64,000 nt of DNA from an uncultured delta proteobacterium (GCA_963745035.1 CAVUVW010000013.1:864001-928000); one strand, 5' to 3'. Positions 30,267-41,546 are shown, numbered from the stretch's first letter. Notes: generated by a model from the sequence alone, not told the origin. Numbers and translations are program-made.

Positions 30267-30611
30267 TTATACCACCCAGCCCTTTTTGGATACGTCGAAA
30301 GTATTGCCGTCCGGGTCTTTGAACTTAAACTCCGCCTCGAGTACGTTTGCGTGCGGCGGTTCGATTTCAGTGTCGGGCGCGATCTCGCGCAGCCGCGCTT
30401 GCGCCGCTTCGAGGTCGTCGACCAGAAAGCCTATGTGATCGATGCCCGTCGATTTCGTGCGCTTGATCAGCGCGATATTGATGTAACCGTCGGACAGCCA
30501 TATTCCGTTTTCGGCTTGACGGATCCGCTTTAGATCGAATGCGCGGCAGTAGAAACTCGCCTCTCTCTCGGGATCCTCAGTGAAAAACGACACGTGTCGA
30601 ATGCGCGCCAT
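30267..30611 (-). CDS. VOC family protein
   Basis: ARIRHVSF..LSDGYINIAL..GIDHIGFLVDD..KDPDGNTFDVS. Confidence 0.88.
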   Translation of the reverse strand: MARIRHVSFFTEDPEREASFYCRAFDLKRIRQAENGIWLSDGYINIALIKRTKSTGIDHIGFLVDDLEAAQARLREIAPDTEIEPPHANVLEAEFKFKDPDGNTFDVSKKGWVV

Positions 30612-30671
30612 GACTTCCTCCTCATCTGTGCTTCTAACGCCAAGTATCGAAGTAACCGCTGACTGTGACTC

Positions 30672-31698
30672 TTAACGCAAGGCGAAAATCTCCCGCCAGA
30701 TCTTCTCGTACTTCGGAAAGTCCTTATAGTCCGCGACAACCAACGCGTAAACCTTTTGCGGGCGGGTTTTCTCCACCGGCTCCACTTTCGGATGGGCGGG
30801 GTTGCGGCTTCCCTGGGCATAGGCCGTCTGGCCTTCTTCGCTCGCCACCCACCGGGCAAATAGCCATGCGGCATTGGGATGCGGCGCGTCCTTGAACACG
30901 GCCTGGCCGCTGATCGCGGCTACGCCCTCCGACAGCATGTAGTCGACCGGCGCGCCTTTTTTGATTCTCGGGCGGGTAATGATGCGAAAAGCAGGTGACG
31001 CAGGCAACCGCCTGCCCGGCAACCAGAAGCTCGGCGATGGCGGAATGTCCGCGGTGGAATTGCACGTTGTTGGCGGCCATCTTTCGCAACAGCGCGATCG
31101 CCTTCTCATCGCTTTTGAATTTGTACTTGGCCAATCCAACCAGCAGCTCCACGTCGCGAGGCTCGGCGACCAGCCGTCCCTTCCAGCGCGGATCGGCGAA
31201 GTCGTCGAAATCTTTGGGCGTCTCCTCCTTCTTGACCAAATTCGTATTCCACGCGCCGATGATGTAGTCGAACTCGGTTGCCAACCAATAAGAACCTTTG
31301 AAGTTGGCCGGATAGGCATCGGCCTCGGGCGGGAGCTTGTCGAGCAACAATCCCTGTTCGTGAAGTTGAACGATGTTCTCGAGCTGGGTTTGAAAGACAT
31401 CTCCCAGAACCTTGCCGCCGCGCGCCTCTGCAATCGCCCGCGCCGCCAGTTTATCGGGGGTTGCGTCCACCTGATTCACTCGTATGCCCGGAAAGCGCTT
31501 CTCGAATACGCCGAGAATCTTGGCTGCGGTGATCTGCGCCAGGGTGCCGTAGAAATTGACCGTGCCGCCTTCCTTCAAAGCTCTCTGGTGCAGTTCCTCC
31601 ATGGTTTGACCGTGCACTGGCGAAATTCGCCCGAGCAGAGCACTCCCGAAAATCGCCCCGATCATCATCCATGTCCAGAGACTCTTTGTCGTATTCAC
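30672..31698 (-). CDS. Extracellular solute-binding protein; frameshift near 30975
   Basis: ALKEGGTVNFYG..FEKRFPGI..DPRWKGRLVAEPRD / APHPNAAWLFARW; paralog of 48052..49113. Confidence 0.85.
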
Positions 31699-31751
31699 GG
31701 TTGCTCCTTTTGACCCAGATTCACGTTAGGCCCTCGTAGTCTTCTCCTATG

Positions 31752-32651
31752 CTAAATTCCAGTCCGCTTCAAAGCGTCGGACAATGCAGTCATCGCTTCC
31801 TCGCTCAGCTCTTCGGAAGGCCAGCGCGGATAATGCTTGATCTTGAGTCCGCGCTTTCGCAGCGCTTCTCGCAACGGCGAGCGCCCGTAGCGCGCCGCCA
31901 AGGAAAGCATAACGCGGTTGAAGTCATCGGCCTTCTTCTGTAACGCCGCCGCTTTGTCGTACTCCTTAGCTTCCAGCGCATTCCACAAGGCCACGATCAA
32001 CTCCGGCACGGGGACGGTGCCAGGCGGAATGGCGCCGCTCAAGCCGTGCGGCACCGCGGGGAATAACTCCAGTGAATTTCCCGACAAGATCGAAAAATCG
32101 CGCGGCATGACCGCGATGTAACTCAAGATTTGCGCCAGCGGATTGTAGCTCGCCTTCATGCCGCAGAGCGAAGGGACCTCTTCTTTGAGCTTTTTGACCG
32201 CCGGTGGGCTGAATTTATACCCCGCATACTTCTCGTTGTCGTACAAAAACAAGGGGCTTTTGACCGCGGCCGCCAGGGTTTTGAAATGCGCTGTGATTTC
32301 CCACGGCGTGTGGTCGGTATAGTAAAACGGTGGGACGGCGGCCACCGCATCCACTCCCAAGCCGTCGGCGTGTTTTGCCAATGCCACGGTCGTCTGCACA
32401 TCGGCGGTGCCGACATGCATGATGACCGGAAGCCGCCGGCGCACCTGTTTTACCACAAACTCCGCGGTCGCGATCCGCTGCTCCGTGGTCATCACCGGTC
32501 CCATGCCCGTGGAGCCCAGGACAAAAAGGCCGTGCACGCCGCGCTCGATCATGAATTCGGTCGTGTCCGACAACGCGTCGAAGTCGACTTCACCGTCGTC
32601 GCTAAAAGGAGTAATCAAAGGTATGTAGATTCCGCGAAATCTCGTTTGCAT
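31752..32651 (-). CDS. Dihydrodipicolinate synthase / N-acetylneuraminate lyase family protein
   Basis: GIYIPLITPF..GLFVLGSTG..VPPFYY..LFLYD..GMKAS (Schiff-base Lys). Confidence 0.88.
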   Translation of the reverse strand: MQTRFRGIYIPLITPFSDDGEVDFDALSDTTEFMIERGVHGLFVLGSTGMGPVMTTEQRIATAEFVVKQVRRRLPVIMHVGTADVQTTVALAKHADGLGVDAVAAVPPFYYTDHTPWEITAHFKTLAAAVKSPLFLYDNEKYAGYKFSPPAVKKLKEEVPSLCGMKASYNPLAQILSYIAVMPRDFSILSGNSLELFPAVPHGLSGAIPPGTVPVPELIVALWNALEAKEYDKAAALQKKADDFNRVMLSLAARYGRSPLREALRKRGLKIKHYPRWPSEELSEEAMTALSDALKRTGI

Positions 32652-33015
32652 CGTATGCTCGATCCCCCAATGGTTTGTTGGTAGACCATCGTTTAGCTTT
32701 TCTCTTGTATCTAGGTCAAGAGTCGGCGGCAAAAGCTAGCCAATTTGGTTCTTTGAAAGCTTGCGTTTTCGAAACTTCCTGAGACGCGGCAGCGGGACTA
32801 TCACACGCGGGATCAAGCAAGGAGTGAGATCTTCGAATGCATTGAGCTATTTTACAATCGCCGCAGAATTCATCAGACGTTGGCCTCTCAGAGACGATCA
32901 ACAAGGAGTTGTCCGGCCCGCCAGATGCGTCCGCCGCGGCGACACTCTGAAATATGCAGCGCCGTCGAGGACGTGACTCGTCAAAGCGGCCGGTCCTTAA
33001 ACCGCCAACGCGCGT

Positions 33016-34095
33016 TTAACGGCGAGCAGGCAACGGCCCTGAACCGCCAATGCTATTGAAAAATGAGATGATGTCATCGTCCCGGGGCATCTCGCGGATC
33101 GCCTTCTCCTGCTGCTCTGCGAAGAGCGGGTGCGCCTCCTCACCGGCGAGCTTTTTCCATTCGCTCAGAAATTGCGGGTCCTTGTACATGTCGTTGAACG
33201 CTTTTCTCAGGATCATGATCCGATCGCCGGATACTCCAGGGGGAAGAATGAAAGGAGAGCCGACCAATCGTAAGCTCCGCTGTACGTTGAGAACTTTTCG
33301 CTCCCAGTCTGATCGCGCGAAAGACTGGAACTCCGGCAGCTTCGCAAAGGCGGGATGCTGCACACGGTAACCCAGCGGTGTTTCAAAGACGGTTTGGAAG
33401 TTCACGAGCTTCTTGTCGATCCATTCGCCGTTTTGCTTGATGACGGCGTCGACCGCGTCGACGCTTGCGTCCACTTCCCCACGCATTAAGGCGAAGTCGA
33501 CTTCGCGTCCGGAAAAACCGACGACGAATTTCGGCTCAGGCAAATCCATCAGCCACGATGCGATTCTCGCGATCACGTAGAGGTCGTGGCCTACGGATTG
33601 CGCGCCGATCCGCAAGCCGCGATGGGATCGAAGTTTGCCAACGCCTTCGGCGGCGACCTCTCCCCTGGTCAAAAATACATTGTTGACGCTGCTGTTTCCG
33701 GAGCCGAGGTAAGACAGCTTGTCGATGTCGTACTGCACGCCGGACTCCTTCATGACCGCCGCCGATATGACACCCGAGCCGATGTTCGCGATCGTGAGGC
33801 CGTCCGGGCGCGTCACCCGATAGAGATGATTGACCGCCTTTTTGCCGCCGGCGCCCGGCATATACTCGTTCACGACAGCCGGATTTCCCGGAATGAACCG
33901 CGGCAGGTGAGCTAACACCGCGCGCACGCGCAGATCTCCCAGACCTCCCGCATCGCGTCCCTGGATCAATGTGATGGTCTTATTCTCGAAGAACGACGGA
34001 CTTTGCGCCGACCATGCATGGCTGGCCGGAAGCAGTAAGGCGATCAAGAGAACAGGTAATGACTTCGTTCTATGCCGTGACCATGGTGTGTTCAT
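33016..34095 (-). CDS. Bug/TctC-type tripartite tricarboxylate transporter substrate-binding protein
   Basis: FFENKTITLI..IPGNPAVVNEYMPGAGG..PDGLTI..LPPGV. Confidence 0.85.
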   Translation of the reverse strand: MNTPWSRHRTKSLPVLLIALLLPASHAWSAQSPSFFENKTITLIQGRDAGGLGDLRVRAVLAHLPRFIPGNPAVVNEYMPGAGGKKAVNHLYRVTRPDGLTIANIGSGVISAAVMKESGVQYDIDKLSYLGSGNSSVNNVFLTRGEVAAEGVGKLRSHRGLRIGAQSVGHDLYVIARIASWLMDLPEPKFVVGFSGREVDFALMRGEVDASVDAVDAVIKQNGEWIDKKLVNFQTVFETPLGYRVQHPAFAKLPEFQSFARSDWERKVLNVQRSLRLVGSPFILPPGVSGDRIMILRKAFNDMYKDPQFLSEWKKLAGEEAHPLFAEQQEKAIREMPRDDDIISFFNSIGGSGPLPARR

Positions 34096-34362
34096 ACCGC
34101 GCTTCTCCTCGTTTTAAGATTATCGCCGCCTGAGCACGAGTATCGCTTGGAGCGTGCGAGACCTCGTCGAACAGCGGCGCGATCATACGCATGGAAAACC
34201 ATGCGGTCAAATACGAAGCCGCCGAGTCTCTCGGGCGGGTTTCGCACAACAGTCCGCCTGAGGTCGGGGCAGTCCGTTGCCGAATCGTTGACGGTATAGG
34301 TAAACTGTGAGAAAGCATGGTCACTGCAAAGTCCAACTCGATCGTAAATAAAAGGAAGCATT

Positions 34363-36009
34363 ATGAGCCAGGGCGCTACGGCAGCCGCGACCACGCTCGT
34401 CGTTCGAGGCGGCACCTTGATCGACGGCACGGGAAAGCCGCCAATGGAGAATTCCGCCATCGTCATCGAAGGCGCCCGATTCAAAGCGGTGGGGAAAGCC
34501 GGCGAGGTTTCTATTTCGCCTGGCAGCGAGATCATCGACGCGACCGGCAAGACCGTACTGCCGGGCTTCATCGATGGTCACGGGCATTGGGAAGATTGGT
34601 TCGGCGAGCTGTATCTCCATCTGGGCATTACGACTTGCGTCAACATCGAGCTTTACCAGGACGGGCCGTGGATCCTCGCCCAGCGCGACGCGACCAATTC
34701 GGGTAAGATTCGCGGACCGCGGCTCTGGGCCTCCGGCCAAGCGCTCGGCACCCGAGAGGCGGAAGCGGTGCGAGAGAGTGCGCGCGCCGCCCGCGGCGAG
34801 ATCAGCGTGGCGAGCGCGGCGGAGGCGAGCGCGGCGGTCCAGAAAAAAAAGCAAGACGGGTACGACATCATCAAGGTCAACGAATTCGTCCCGCTCAACT
34901 GGCTCGAGTTCGTCACGAAAGAGGCCGAGCATCTTGGCATGCCGGTCACCGGCCATAGCTGGGACGCCATCGGCTCCGCGCGCGCCGGCATCGGCGGCAT
35001 CGAGCACATCTGGTCGGTCGGTTACTCTTCCATCACCGACGATCAGAAGCGGCGCCAGATCGGCGCCGATCGGCTCCTGCGTAAGATCGATGCCGAACAG
35101 GTCGGCGCGTTTTACGAGCTGGAGAATTACGACAGAATCATCGGCGCCATGGTGGAACGCGGCGTCGCCTGGACGCCCACGGTCGCCAAATGGCTCTGGC
35201 CTCTGTCATCGAATGCCGAACGCTTCTGGGCAAGAGCCCAAGCCATCCTGGGCGATCCCGCGGCGCGATATTTTCCCGCGGCGTTTCCCTATACCGTGGC
35301 GCAAACGCGCAATCGGTTCGAAAAATACAATCCCGAGCAGCTTCGGTTGGCGCAAACCGCGCACGAGAAAAGCCTGGAGTTCATTCGCCGTTTCGTTCAC
35401 GCGGGCGGCATTCTCAAGGAAGGATCGGACCCGCCGCAGGGAATGGCCGGATTGCAGATGCACATCGGCATGGCGATGGACGTCGAAGCGGGCGTGCCGC
35501 CGATGACCGCGATCCAAGCGGCGACTCTCAATGCCGCGAAGACTTTCAAGAAGGAAAAAGATTTCGGCAGCGTGGAGACGGGAAAGGTGGCCGATCTCGC
35601 GATCATCGAAGGCGATCCGCTCAAGGACATCTGGATGACCCAAAACGTCAAGATGGTCGTGATGAACGGCAAGCTCATCGACATCGGCTTTCACAGCGAC
35701 TGGCGAAATCCCATCCCGGCCGCTCTCCCCGGACACTCCGTGCCGCGCGACATCGAGATCAGTCCGGTCGCCGTCATTCAAGGAACTCCGACTGTCTTGA
35801 GAGTCACAGGCAAAGGCATCCGTCCGTACCTCAAGGTCAAACTCAACGGCAACGACCTGGAAACCCGTTTCGTTAAAGGCGAGCTCGAAGCAATCATCCC
35901 GCCCCAAGCCATCGAGCACGTCGGTCTCTATTTCGTCACGGTGACCAGCCCAGGAACCGCCGGCCAACACTCCTACCCGGCGCATCTCATCGTCCGGTTC
36001 AGAGACTAA
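34363..36009 (+). CDS. Amidohydrolase family protein with C-terminal IPT/TIG-like domain
   Basis: VRGGTLIDGTG..LPGFIDGHGH..GSD..GSVETGKVADLAII; beta-rich C-terminal extension. Confidence 0.87.
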   Translation: MSQGATAAATTLVVRGGTLIDGTGKPPMENSAIVIEGARFKAVGKAGEVSISPGSEIIDATGKTVLPGFIDGHGHWEDWFGELYLHLGITTCVNIELYQDGPWILAQRDATNSGKIRGPRLWASGQALGTREAEAVRESARAARGEISVASAAEASAAVQKKKQDGYDIIKVNEFVPLNWLEFVTKEAEHLGMPVTGHSWDAIGSARAGIGGIEHIWSVGYSSITDDQKRRQIGADRLLRKIDAEQVGAFYELENYDRIIGAMVERGVAWTPTVAKWLWPLSSNAERFWARAQAILGDPAARYFPAAFPYTVAQTRNRFEKYNPEQLRLAQTAHEKSLEFIRRFVHAGGILKEGSDPPQGMAGLQMHIGMAMDVEAGVPPMTAIQAATLNAAKTFKKEKDFGSVETGKVADLAIIEGDPLKDIWMTQNVKMVVMNGKLIDIGFHSDWRNPIPAALPGHSVPRDIEISPVAVIQGTPTVLRVTGKGIRPYLKVKLNGNDLETRFVKGELEAIIPPQAIEHVGLYFVTVTSPGTAGQHSYPAHLIVRFRD

Positions 36010-36405
36010 CGCTCGGAACCAGGCAACGGTTGAACCCATTACTGACGGCCGGTTGCGCATTTGCGCAATCGAGCAAAGATGGACTAAAGAGGCGGGATGG
36101 TTGACGGCAGGCAGGCGCGCTACCGTTTAAAGCATTCCCGCGAAAGTTGGGAGCTTCTCGATGCGTTTGCAAAATTTATCGATACGTCCGCTGCCTTCCA
36201 GCGATAGTTGCGGACTTGCGCAAATGTACCCTGAAGATGATCAAGACCCAAGAAACTGGACGTAAACGAAATGCCAGGCCTTCGTCGTTACGCGAGGCAA
36301 TTTCGATGGCAAAAATAGGCCCACTATCGCGGAGAGAGAAACCTCGGAATGCTAACGGCTTGGCGTGCTCCGACCCAAACTTACCTGCTGTAGACTGCCG
36401 TACGG

Positions 36406-37318
36406 CTAATCGGCGATCGACAAAGCTGTCCGGTGATAGGAGAGATCGACGTACTTCTCCACGGGGGGAATAGGATGCGCCAAATAACCGAGCTCGGCTC
36501 GTAACTGGAGAGCGGCGGTAACACCCGACATATTCAAGACGGCGTTTGCGTAAAGACCGTGCTTCGGATGGAGTAGGGCATCTAAAGTATGTGCGGCGGC
36601 GGCTCCGTCGATTTCATTATAGCGAGCGAGAATGTCGAGGCACGCTCGGCGATTCGGTCTCTCGAAACACCACTGCGTCGCTGCCGCATACGCTCGAATG
36701 TACCGGACGAGTCGGTCCGGATGCCGCTCCGCCCAACGCCGACTCGCGGCGCCGCACGTCCCTTGGTAAGACGGGACCATCTCGAAGTCTCTGGCAAGCA
36801 GATGACACCCCGCCCTCAGAGCATTCAAGACGAAAGGTTCAGTCAACAAGAGTCGCAGCGATTTTCCCTTCCATCAATGCGCGGTAGCGGCTTTCCCACC
36901 CGCCGATTTCGATCAGCTGATAATTGTCTCCAGCAAAACCTCTGGCGTGAAGCATCCTCTCCAGCACTAAGGCAAAGCCGCTCGTCCTGGCATCAACGCC
37001 GATGGATCTGCCGAACAGCGCGTCGATGGATGCGCAATCCGGAGCGCCTACTAGAGTAAAAAGCCCGCTATGCAGACCCATAAAAATGAAGAGATCGGAG
37101 CCGTCATCGTTTTCAACAGCGGCGATGATGTCATCCGCGCCGGTATGGCCGATATCATATTGGCCCTCTTTAAGAGCTTGGCTGATGTATAAGGAGCCTG
37201 GTGTGTAAGCTGTTTCGAGAGCGAGCCCGTGCCGGGCAAAAATCCCCGTCTCGATTCCCGCATGAACGGGCAGGTTGTAAGCGGCGCGAAACTGAATCAG
37301 CTTGAGTGTTTCTGTCAT
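36406..37318 (-). CDS. ABC substrate-binding protein, NMT1-like; frameshift near 36845
   Basis: GIFARHGL..IGVDARTSGFA..RYRALMEGKIAATL / WAERHPDRLVRYIRA..EKYVDLSY. Confidence 0.78.
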
Positions 37319-37594
37319 ACAGATGCGTCTCGCAATGCTCCTATCACGCCGCGCGAGAAAGCGACAACTCTGAGTTGTTCGTTCGTTCCGCATGCCTTTG
37401 AGAGGGAATTTAGGCGAATTCTAAACGGACCCTCATTAAATTTTCAGGTGATAAGAATAACACGAAGATTTGGAGGTTCGCACCAAGCTGCCCGGTAATT
37501 TCATTGGAACCGCCACGAGAGCACCTAAGTTGACAGTTATCTTACTTTCGATTACTGCTCGCGTAGTTCAAGCAAAGAATTTGGAGGTGAGCTT

Positions 37595-37984
37595 ATGCCA
37601 GTGAAGGTTATGCGCATAGAGGACGCGCCGGTCAGAGTCATGCGATGGGATCGCGGAAAGGCGCTCCGGCTGGTGGATGAAGCCGACGGCGCAAAGAACG
37701 TCGATGTGCACATCAATCTGATTAACGTCGATTCGGGACCGGGGCCGACCCATTACCACGCCAAAGCCGAGAATATTTATGTCGTGTTGGAGGGAACTGT
37801 CGAGGCCATCGTCGAGGGAAAAAAAATTCGCCTGGGTCCGGGAGAAGTTGCGTTCATTCCGCCCGGAGTGCGGCACCAAGCCGGCAACTGCGGTGATAAG
37901 GTCGCGCGCGTCCTCGAGATTTACGCTCCCGCGGGCGAGGATTTTCACATTGTCGATGATTCAGAGAATAAGCCGCAAACCTAA
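37595..37984 (+). CDS. Cupin domain protein
   Basis: HYHAKAENIYVVLEG..FIPPGVRH; RBS GGAGGTG. Confidence 0.9.
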   Translation: MPVKVMRIEDAPVRVMRWDRGKALRLVDEADGAKNVDVHINLINVDSGPGPTHYHAKAENIYVVLEGTVEAIVEGKKIRLGPGEVAFIPPGVRHQAGNCGDKVARVLEIYAPAGEDFHIVDDSENKPQT

Positions 37985-38157
37985 GAGCAGAATTTCACCG
38001 CAAAGACGCAGCGTACAAATAGATTGTTGCGCTGGCCGATTTCTGTCATTTCGACTCCTTCGGCGACCGTTCAGGATAAACTCCGGGAGAATCTTTCTTC
38101 GCAAGCCGGATTTCAAAGATCCGATTCCCGTAAAACAGAAAGGATCATTCAAGACCG

Positions 38158-39123
38158 ATGGCGAAAATGCAGTTCGGCGTTTTGTTACCCCACTTTGGCA
38201 AAGAAGCCTCACCGTCTCGGATCATCGACGGCGCCAAAATGTGCGAGGAGCTGGGATTTCATTCCGTATGGGTGAGAGATCATTTGATTTGGCATCCGCA
38301 CGGCATGGAAAAGTCAGGCCTCAAATTCGTCGAACCCATCGTCACGCTTTCGGCGGTGGCGGCGGTGACGAAAAAAATCATTTTGGGCATCGCCGTGCTT
38401 GTTCCAGTGCGTTGGCCGCTCAAAGTCAGCCAGGATCTCGCGAGCCTTTCCTACATTGCGGGCGGCCGGGTGATCGCCGGGATGGGGTTGGGATTTAATC
38501 CCGCCGAGCTTGCGACCGTCGGCTTGCGGATCGAGGATCGCGTCGAAATCCTGCGCGAGACCGTCGAGATCGCGCGGCTGATATGGAAAGAGAATAATGC
38601 GTCCTACAAGGGCAAGATATTCTCGTTCGACAACGTGACCATCGAGCCCAAGCCCGTCGAACCGATCCCGATCTTTTGCGGCGGCAGTACTCGCGCCGCG
38701 ATAAGACGGGCCGCGGAATACTGCGACGGCTGGATTCCCGGTCGGGTTCCCATGGCGACTTTTGATGACAGGATACGGTACTTGCGGCAACTGACCGACA
38801 GGAAGATTACTTTGGGCAATATCCCGATCACGCGCATCGATAAGGACCGAAAAAAAGCTCGGGCAAGTATCGACGTTGCGGCGCTTGCGGAGAGCTCGGA
38901 GGGAAACAGCCACTGGATAAAGCCGCCTTCCGGAAAGTTTCAGACGATCGAAGATCTCGAAGGTCTGTTGATCGTAGGGAACCCCGATGACTGCGCTGCG
39001 GAGATCGAAAAGTTCCGCGCACGAGGCGTCGAACACTTGGTTTTCGATTTGAGACTACAATACGACCGCTACGAAGAGAGCTTGGAACTGATCGGTAAGG
39101 AACTACTTCCGCGGTTCGAGTAA
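38158..39123 (+). CDS. LLM class flavin/F420-dependent oxidoreductase
   Basis: EELGFHSVWVRDH..EPIVTLSAVAAVT..GGRVIAGMGLG..PIPIFCGG. Confidence 0.9.
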   Translation: MAKMQFGVLLPHFGKEASPSRIIDGAKMCEELGFHSVWVRDHLIWHPHGMEKSGLKFVEPIVTLSAVAAVTKKIILGIAVLVPVRWPLKVSQDLASLSYIAGGRVIAGMGLGFNPAELATVGLRIEDRVEILRETVEIARLIWKENNASYKGKIFSFDNVTIEPKPVEPIPIFCGGSTRAAIRRAAEYCDGWIPGRVPMATFDDRIRYLRQLTDRKITLGNIPITRIDKDRKKARASIDVAALAESSEGNSHWIKPPSGKFQTIEDLEGLLIVGNPDDCAAEIEKFRARGVEHLVFDLRLQYDRYEESLELIGKELLPRFE

Positions 39124-39150
39124 ACGGTTTGAACCATTCACAGCCGGACG

Positions 39151-39184
39151 GCGGCCGCCGGAGTCAAACTTGGCGGCAACGTCG
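39151..39184 (+). pseudogene. 34-bp remnant of the NIPSNAP gene 3' region
   Basis: gcggccgccggagtcaaacttggcggcaacgtcg matches about 23054-23087 and about 46825-46858. Confidence 0.7.
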
Positions 39185-39228
39185 AGCGACAACTCGGTCC
39201 GTAACCGGCGAGACTAAAGAGGGCCTAA

Positions 39229-39663
39229 TTATTTTTTCTTGCCGGGTTCCGCTTGGTAACCTTGGTCTTTCCAATTGCTAACGGGACAAAATGTCGTGCT
39301 CGTAAATCCGAGGTCTTCGGCTAGCTTCGCAGCCTGCGAGCTTGATGCTCCGGTGCCTCACGTGAAAACGATGTAGGTCTGCGTCGAGATCTTTTTCAGA
39401 TAACCTTCGAGCTGCTCCAACGGAACGTTGATGGCGCCCGGGATGGTTTCTTTTTCGAAATTGGCCGGCGGCCGGACATCGATGATCATCACCGCGCCGG
39501 CATCGACTTGCTTCTTTAGCTCGTCGGCGGGCGTCTGTTTGGCGCCGACCGCCCACTTCGTTTTCGGATCTACTTCGTACTTGCGCTGCTGTTGGGCGAA
39601 GGACGAAGCGGCAACGAGTGAAACTACGGCGCCAATGGCCAGCCGCGCGATCAATGATTTCAT
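39229..39663 (-). CDS. Exported rhodanese-domain protein, candidate selenoprotein (UGA at 39358-39360 read as Sec)
   Basis: MKSL..SSFA signal peptide; IIDVRP..TIPGAINVP..YIVFT-UGA-GTGASSSQAAKLAEDLGF..NWKDQGY..KKK*; the frame stays open for 42 codons and completes the domain. Confidence 0.8.
39323..39357 (-). other. Candidate bacterial SECIS element
   Basis: AGCU-CGCA-(GGC)-UGCG-A-AGCU hairpin; G-led apical loop 23 nt after the UGA. Confidence 0.55.
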
Positions 39664-39775
39664 ATACGCTCCTTTCAAGGATTGGTTAGACGTGTCGCAG
39701 GCTAACCGGAAAAGCTTACCGACGTCAATCCCGGGCAAGCTGAGGCGGTTAAAAACGACCGCCCCGCATTCGCGC

Positions 39776-40765
39776 TTAAAGCCGGAGCTTGTATTTCCGT
39801 TCGATCTCCTCGACGTATCCGCTCTTGACCACCTTAGTCAGAATACGCTGATCCAGCAGTTCCTCGACATTGAACTTCATGATTTTGGGATCGCGCAGCG
39901 CGATGGCGTCCTGGGCGGTTTTCAAACCCTTGACGGTGACAAAGGTATAGGGCGTCAGATCCTCGAGCAAATATTTATAGCCGAGCTCGGCGAGTTGCCG
40001 GTCCACCTTGAGATGTTTTTGCAGAATGGCCTGGCCGCGCTCTTTCTGCGCGCGCATGATCGCGCTCGCCTCGATGAGCGCTTTGATGACGTTCTCCACG
40101 GTCTGCGGATTCTTCTGAATGAATGCCTCCGAGGACATGAACGGGCTCGAGGGCAGAGGGATCTTGCCCAAGTCGAACAAAACTTTGACCCCGAGCGCCT
40201 GCAGCCGCGCGGACTGCAATCGATCCAACGCCGCGCCGTCGATGATGCCGCTCGCCAAAGATTGGGCGATCACCGTGCTATCGCCGATAGCCTGAATATT
40301 GATATTGTCTTTTTGCGGGTCGAGACCCATCTCTCGCAGCGACAGCATGGTGAGGCTCCAGAGCAGACCGCTGAAGTCCTGCACGCCGATTTTCTTGCCG
40401 CGCAGATCACTGGGCTTGGTGATCGACGGCGCCACGAGAAAATCGTAGGACGCCCGCTCGGCGAACAGCGAGAGGATGATTTTGAGCTTGGCCCCTTGCG
40501 CAGCCGCCGTGAGCATACTGGAGGCGCTGCCCCGGACAAACTGCACCTCGTTGGAGACCAGAGCCGTGACTTGGAGAGGAGCGCTGCGCACGGTGACGAG
40601 GTCCGCTTCCAGTCCATGCTTGGCAAAAATGCCCTCCTCCTTGGCAAGCCAAACCGGCGTGCCAGACGCCGACACCCCGGAGTAAGCGATTCTAATCGGC
40701 TCAGCGCTGGCGGGCGCGACAAACAAAGCGAGAGCTAAAGGGATCCAGAATTTTGCAGCGACCAT
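39776..40765 (-). CDS. ABC substrate-binding protein, NMT1/SsuA-like
   Basis: Signal peptide; PVWLAKEEGIFAKHGL..DLRGKKIGV. Confidence 0.87.
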   Translation of the reverse strand: MVAAKFWIPLALALFVAPASAEPIRIAYSGVSASGTPVWLAKEEGIFAKHGLEADLVTVRSAPLQVTALVSNEVQFVRGSASSMLTAAAQGAKLKIILSLFAERASYDFLVAPSITKPSDLRGKKIGVQDFSGLLWSLTMLSLREMGLDPQKDNINIQAIGDSTVIAQSLASGIIDGAALDRLQSARLQALGVKVLFDLGKIPLPSSPFMSSEAFIQKNPQTVENVIKALIEASAIMRAQKERGQAILQKHLKVDRQLAELGYKYLLEDLTPYTFVTVKGLKTAQDAIALRDPKIMKFNVEELLDQRILTKVVKSGYVEEIERKYKLRL

Positions 40766-41019
40766 GGGGATTGCCCTCCTGCACACAGAGAAGAATGCAT
40801 GCTGCTGGATTTGCGCAATTCGCCTTACCAATCAACGTAGCCACTACTAACACAGCGCTCGTTGCCCCATCAATCAATAAAACCTTATCCCTTTCTCCCA
40901 GCCGCGCAGTGAGGATAGAAAGGCCATAATTGCTCGCGCTCTCTGCACGCAAACAAAAATCGCGGGGAAATGTTCGAGAAGCCCGACCCGGCAGCCGGTT
41001 GGAAATGTCCAGCGCAGCA

Positions 41020-41532
41020 CTAAAGGATGATACTCACGGCGCCGTGCTCGCTCAGCGCTTCCAGGTCGAGAACGGCTTTCCGGTGATGGATCTTCAGCTC
41101 TCCGTCTACCCGTTTCAGTCTGTGCTCGTACCACCCGATATAGGGACTCGATTCGGCCATGCGCAAACGATAGACGATAAACGAGGAAGTCACGACGATG
41201 GCGCCGTCCTCTACTTTGATTCGTATATTGGAAATGAAGTGCCGGGTGCGCGACGAAGGATATTCTCTGTGACCGTGGCGGCTCTTCAGCCTTTCCACGC
41301 GAGCGCGCAGCCGCACCATGTCGTCGTCGATAAACACCAGGTCTTTGCGGGGATCTCCGTCCGGGAGATCCGTGGTCGGGACCAGATATCTGCCGTCGGC
41401 GGTGAAAAGTGCCAACCACTCATCCAGCCGCCAGGCGTCCAGTAGAGCCGCCTCCTGATAAAGAAACTCCTCCACCGACTCGCGCAAAGTGGCTGCGCTG
41501 CCCTGGTTTCTCACAGCGTTTTCGTCCGGCAT
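41020..41532 (-). CDS. Aromatic ring-hydroxylating dioxygenase beta subunit
   Basis: EEFLYQEAALLDAWRLDEWL..LRARVERL..SRTRHFISN. Confidence 0.92.
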   Translation of the reverse strand: MPDENAVRNQGSAATLRESVEEFLYQEAALLDAWRLDEWLALFTADGRYLVPTTDLPDGDPRKDLVFIDDDMVRLRARVERLKSRHGHREYPSSRTRHFISNIRIKVEDGAIVVTSSFIVYRLRMAESSPYIGWYEHRLKRVDGELKIHHRKAVLDLEALSEHGAVSIIL

Positions 41533-41546
41533 GACTGCTTTCGTTG

